DNA of 64,000 bases from Malacoraja senta (taxonomy: Eukaryota). The stretch spans positions 2,482,001 to 2,546,000 of the forward strand of contig CM075990.1 in the NCBI GenBank assembly GCA_038087875.1, read 5' to 3'. The notes under the pieces are model-generated. The model worked only from the letters and a program-made list of their open reading frames with translations, ran no database searches and had not been told where the DNA came from. Of this stretch, positions 59,597 to 64,000 are shown piece by piece. Each line of letters starts with the position of its first letter. Positions within the stretch are counted from its first letter, which is position 1. Made by a program: the position numbers and the translations under genes.

Positions 59597-60240
59597 AGCA
59601 CCTCATATTTTGCTTGAGCAGCTTACAACCCAGTGGTATGAACATTGATTTCCCTATTTTTAAGTAACTCTTTGCAGATCAGTGTCACTCATGTTATGAG
59701 TCATACTTTGTAGCTACGCCCACTAACAGAAAGCTTCCTTGCCTTACTCTCCCACTTTTAGAGTAACATGCTAATATGAAGTTACCTATGCTGTTACGTT
59801 AATAAAGCCTTTGGATCTTAATCACTTGTAAGACTTTGGTTATTCCAACAGCAGAAGCTCAACACTCCTGCATTCCTTACCCCCCCCCCCCTCACCCCCT
59901 CCCCCCCGTGCCACCGCCCACAAACTAATCATCCTACTAGTTCAACTATTGTCACATCCTTGTATACCTTTCGTTAGCACATCTTCCCCAGCCAACAATG
60001 GGGCCATTATGGACTCAACCCTTCCTGAGATCATGTTTTCAGCCCTGTTTGGTTCTGGCCTTCTCTATCTTTCAGTCTGAAGAAGGATTCCGACCCAAAC
60101 CGTCACCTATTCCTTTTCTCCAGACATACTGCCGGACCCGCTGAGTTACTTCAGCATTTTGTGTCTGCCATCAAAGACTACCATGCCATGGCGATGCAGA
60201 ATTCAGTGTAGTTCTCTATTCATCGCTCATTTAATTTGGA

Positions 60241-60539
60241 CTTTAGACTTTAGAGATACAGTGCAGAACAGGCCCTTCGACCCACCGAGTTTCCGCCAGC
60301 CCGCAATCACCCCCATACACTATCCTACACATTTGGTATTATTTACAATTTTACCGAAGCCAATTAACCTACAAGCCTGTACGTCTTTGGAGTGTGGGAG
60401 GAAACCAGAGCTCCCAGAGAAAACCCACGCAGGTCACGGTGAGAACGTACAAACTCCGTACAGACAGCACCCGTAGTCAGGATCGAACCTGTGTCTCTGA
60501 TGCTGTGAGGCAGCAACTCTATCGCTGAGCCACCGTGCC
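60241..60539 (-). mobile_element. HE1-like V-SINE
   Basis: Consensus match. Confidence 0.85.
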
Positions 60540-60784
60540 ACATGGATGTTCCTCCAATTTATGTGTGGCCTCACTCTGACAGTGGAGGAGGCCCAGGACA
60601 GAAAGCTCAATGGGGGAGATAGATACTAAAAGCTGGAGTAACTCAGCAGGTCAGTCAGGCCAGTACGGGAGTGAGGTGGGGAGCTAAAATCAAGTCTGAA
60701 GCAGGACCCCATGGTTAAAGAAGAGTTAACAAAGGAGGAATCCACTGAACAAGAGCTGAGAGTCGGAAGGAAATAAAGACTTCA

Positions 60785-61065
60785 ATTGGTATAACACTTT
60801 TAATAATATCAACACATCCCAAAGCACTTTACAGACAATTAACTCCTATTTCAATGGAGGGAGCACAGCAGCCAATCTTTCCACAGCAAGATTCCACATA
60901 CAGCGACGAGATAATGACCAGATAATCTGTTTTATGGTGATGTGGTTGATGAACAGAGATTGGCCCAGGACGCTGGAGAGATCTCACATGTCTCAGCAAT
61001 AGTTCCATGGGGATTCTTTATAAATCCTCCTGAGGAACTTTGGGTTAATGTCCCATCTAAAGGAA
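60785..61065 (-). mobile_element. Ancient DeuSINE (SacSINE1/AmnSINE1-like Deu domain)
   Basis: GCAGCCAAT..CACAGCAAG..CCACA.ACAGC..GATAATGACCAGATAATCTGTTTT..TGATGT.GTTGA...GGCCCAGGAC...CCATGGG matches the reverse complement of the Deu domain as I recall it; CATCCCAAAGCACTTTACAG L2-type tail. Confidence 0.75.
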
Positions 61066-61075
61066 AGCCTCTTTT

Positions 61076-61800
61076 GGGGCGGCACGGTGGCGCAGCGGTA
61101 GAGTTGCTTCCTGACAGCGCCAGAGACCCGGGTTCGATCCTGACTACGGGTGCTGTCTGTATGGAGTTTGTACGTTCTCCCCGTGACCTGCGTGGGTTTT
61201 CTCCGGGTGCTCCGGCTTCCTCCCACATTCCAAAGATGTACAGGTTTGTAGATTAATTGGCTTCGATAAAAATAGTCAATTGTCTCTAGTGTGTAGGATG
61301 GTGCTAGTTTAGTTTAGTTGAGTTTAGAGATACAGTGCAAAAACAGGCCCTTTGGCCCACCGAGTTTGCACTGACCAGCGATCCCCACGCATTAACACTA
61401 TCCTACACACACTCGGGACAATTTACAATATTACCAAAGCCAATTAACCTACAAACCTGTACGTTTTTGGAGTGCGCAGCATGAAAGAATCCTTGCAGGG
61501 AGACTTTAGACTTTAGAGATACAGCGCGGAAACAGGACCTTCAGCCCACTGAGTCTATGCTGACCAACAATCTCCCGTACACTAGCACTATTCAACACAC
61601 TAGGGACAATTTTCAATTTTACCGAAGCCAATTATCCTGCAAACCTGTATGCCTTTGGAGTGTGGGAGCAAACCCTGAGAAAACCCACGCTGGTCACGGG
61701 GGAACGTACAAACTCTGTACAGACAGCATCCGTAGTCAGGATCGAACCTGGGTCTCTGGCGCTGTAAGGCAGCAACTCTACAGCCGTGCCACCATGTCGC
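61076..61800. mobile_element. Cluster of HE1-like V-SINEs (61076-61306 plus; 61307-61475 minus; 61503-61800 minus)
   Basis: Consensus matches. Confidence 0.85.
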
Positions 61801-62409
61801 CAAGAGGAGATAGTTGAGGCAGGTACCATCACAGCATTTAAAAGACATTTGGACAGATACATGGGGTATAATAGGTTCAGAAGAATGTGGGCCAATTGCT
61901 GGCAGGCGGGACTAGTGTGGTTGGTCGGCATGGGCAAGTTGGGCTGAAGGGCCTGTTTCCATGCTGTATGTCTCTAGGCCTCCACGACATGCACATTTTA
62001 CCTTTGCATGAAGTGACTCCACGCCAATCTCCACATCCTGAATACTTTAGTTTATACCCCCACGGTAAGAATAACAGGAAGGTAATTTTCAATTTCTCCG
62101 CTCGCTATGCTTCCATTAAGTCTCCAGGGCTCCAAGCCGTTTTCACAGTCATGTTTTCTAATCTGCGCCCTGAGATTCAGAAGCGGATTTGTTTTTCTGC
62201 AACTGAATAAGTGCTTCAGCCACAAAGGATTGGACGGAAATTGACAATGACAGATGTAGAATACAATTTCATAAAACTCCTCTGAGCCTTCCATTTTATA
62301 ATTCACTACCACCCCCAATTGCAGCGCCACCCTCCAACGTTCCCTTTGTCTTGTACATGTCATAGAATACTGTCATTTCTTTGAAGCATTCTTCAGCGAG
62401 GGATAATTG

Positions 62410-63162
62410 CACTGCCTCGGCAAGGCCAACAGCATAATCAAGGATGGATCGCACCCTGGCCACTCCCTCTTCTCCCCTCTCCCATCAGGCAAAAGGAATA
62501 GAAGCGTGAAAACGCACACCTCCAGATTCAGGGACAGTTTCTTCCCAGCTGTTATCAGGCAACTGAACCATCCTACCACAACCAGAGAGCGGTCCTGAAC
62601 TACTTTCTACCTCATTGGTGACCCTCGGACTGTCTTTGATTGGACCTTGCTGGCTTTACCTTGCCACTAAACGTTATTCCCTTATCGTGAATCTGTACAC
62701 TGTAAATGGCTCGATGGTAATCATGCTAGATGCAGGAAAGGCTAGATGTAGGGAAAATGTTCCCGAAGCTGGGGGAGTCCAGAACCAGGGGTCACAGTTT
62801 AAGAATAAGGGGTAGGCCATTTAGAGCTGAGATGAGGAAAAACTCTTTCACCCAGAGAGTTATGAATCCATGCTACAGAAGGCAGTGGAGGCCGATTCAC
62901 TGGATGTTTTCAAGAGAGAGTTAGATATAGCGCTTAGGGCTAAGGGAATCAAGGGATATGGGGGAGAAAGGAGGAACGGGGTACTGATTTTGGATGATCA
63001 GCCATGATCATATTGAATGGTTCGAAGGGCCAAAGGGCCTACTCATGCACCTATTGTCTATGTTTCTATGTTTCTATGTATTGTCTTTCCGCTGACTTGT
63101 TAGCGTGCAACAAAAGCTTTTCACTCTACCTCGGTACACGTGACAATAAGCTGAGCTGAACT
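62410..63162 (+). mobile_element. Rex1/Babar-like 3' fragment interrupted by a CR1 (about 62725-63078)
   Basis: ORF 62407..62598 HPGHSLFSPLPSGKRNRSVKTHTSRFRDSFFPAVIRQLN; CR1 GESRTRGHSLRI. Confidence 0.8.
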
Positions 63163-63705
63163 GTACGGGATGGTCGCTGAGGGGATGCCTGGCTCAGGTT
63201 GGGAACTCGTCAAACAAAATAAAAAAACTTTGTTTGAACCCTGATGAAGATCTGATGACAGATAAGTTGCCTAGCATTTAGATCTGCCTTGAGTATGGGT
63301 AAAGACTGTGAAATCAAAGGCTAGCCACGAGGTCGCCAAAAATAATACCTTCATTTGAAGATCTTCTGGTAATTGTTCTCAGGTTGTCTCTCTATTGCCC
63401 AGGTCAGACCTCAAGATGAACTTGCCTGCGAGCCGCCTTAAATGTTTGTAATCTACCTGGTGAATGTGATCCTGCAGACTCAGAGACAGGCAACCCAAGA
63501 CATTGATCCAGTTAGACAAAAATTCTGGAGAAACTCAGCGGGTGCGGCAGCATCTATGGAGCGAAGGAAATAGGCAACGTTTCGCCCGAAACGTTGCCGA
63601 TTTCCTTCGCCCCATAGACGCTGCCGCACCTGCTGAGTTTCTCCAACATTTTTGTCTACCTTCGATTTTCCAGCATCTGCAGTTCCTTCTTGAACATATT
63701 GATCC

Positions 63706-63931
63706 GGTTGCTGTCCACGGGCGCCCTGGGCGATTTCCGGGACCGCTGGGCACCGCGGGGATGGAATGCATCCTGGACAAGGAGAGCAATGTAGCTGTAT
63801 AACAGTTCATTTCGTAGTGTTGCTTGTCGTGGATTATGGTGGTGGGTTCTGTTTTGTTTAATTGTACTGTAAATATTATTTTTAATAATTGAATACAATT
63901 TTTGATTAAAAAATAGACATTAAAAAAAAAG
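63706..63931 (+). mobile_element. 5'-truncated non-LTR 3' end (Tx1/L1-like) with poly-A
   Basis: A-rich tail; 10-bp TSD ATATTGATCC at 63696-63705 and 63932-63941; translation ..DFRDRWAP..ECILD.. resembles a Tx1 C-terminus. Confidence 0.65.
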
Positions 63932-64000
63932 ATATTGATCCAGTGATGATGGAAAAATGACCAACAATATTACCTAGGCAGGATGGAAGATAGAACCCAG

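Noticed and set aside
1..64000. Host protein-coding exons among the many 60-190 aa ORFs
   Set aside because: Nearly all map to SINE, CR1, PLE or Rex fragments; the rest have no recognisable domain. Small exons cannot be excluded without RNA-seq or homology searches

Overview
64 kb of vertebrate non-coding DNA made up mostly of transposable elements. The repeat content (tRNA-derived V-SINEs of HE1 type sharing a 3' tail with CR1 LINEs, plus a DeuSINE) points to a cartilaginous fish, probably a skate or ray; this is an inference. I could not support any host protein-coding exon. The largest elements are two DIRS1-like tyrosine-recombinase retrotransposons arranged head-to-head (9648-14437 minus, degenerate; 16086-20823 plus, gag intact) and a full-length L1 with a 12-bp TSD (24753-31088). 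The DIRS elements have inverted terminal repeats (ITRs), an internal complementary region (ICR) and gag/RT/RNase H/methyltransferase/recombinase domains. The window also holds Penelope-like element (PLE) fragments and many PLE terminal-repeat solos with a minimal hammerhead-like core, numerous CR1 and Rex1/Babar 3' fragments, four PIF/Harbinger-type MITEs, a hAT MITE and a 1.1-kb GT-rich simple repeat. The most interesting observations are: (i) a candidate HDV-like ribozyme with an extra hairpin in L3 at the 5' end of an RTE-like fragment; (ii) repeated cases of retroelement 5' ends carrying the flank of a nearby same-family copy; (iii) a gag patch from another DIRS copy inside the RT of DIRS-A; (iv) TE-free islands that look like enhancers. 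Coordinates were read by eye, so fragment boundaries are approximate unless a TSD or TIR is quoted.
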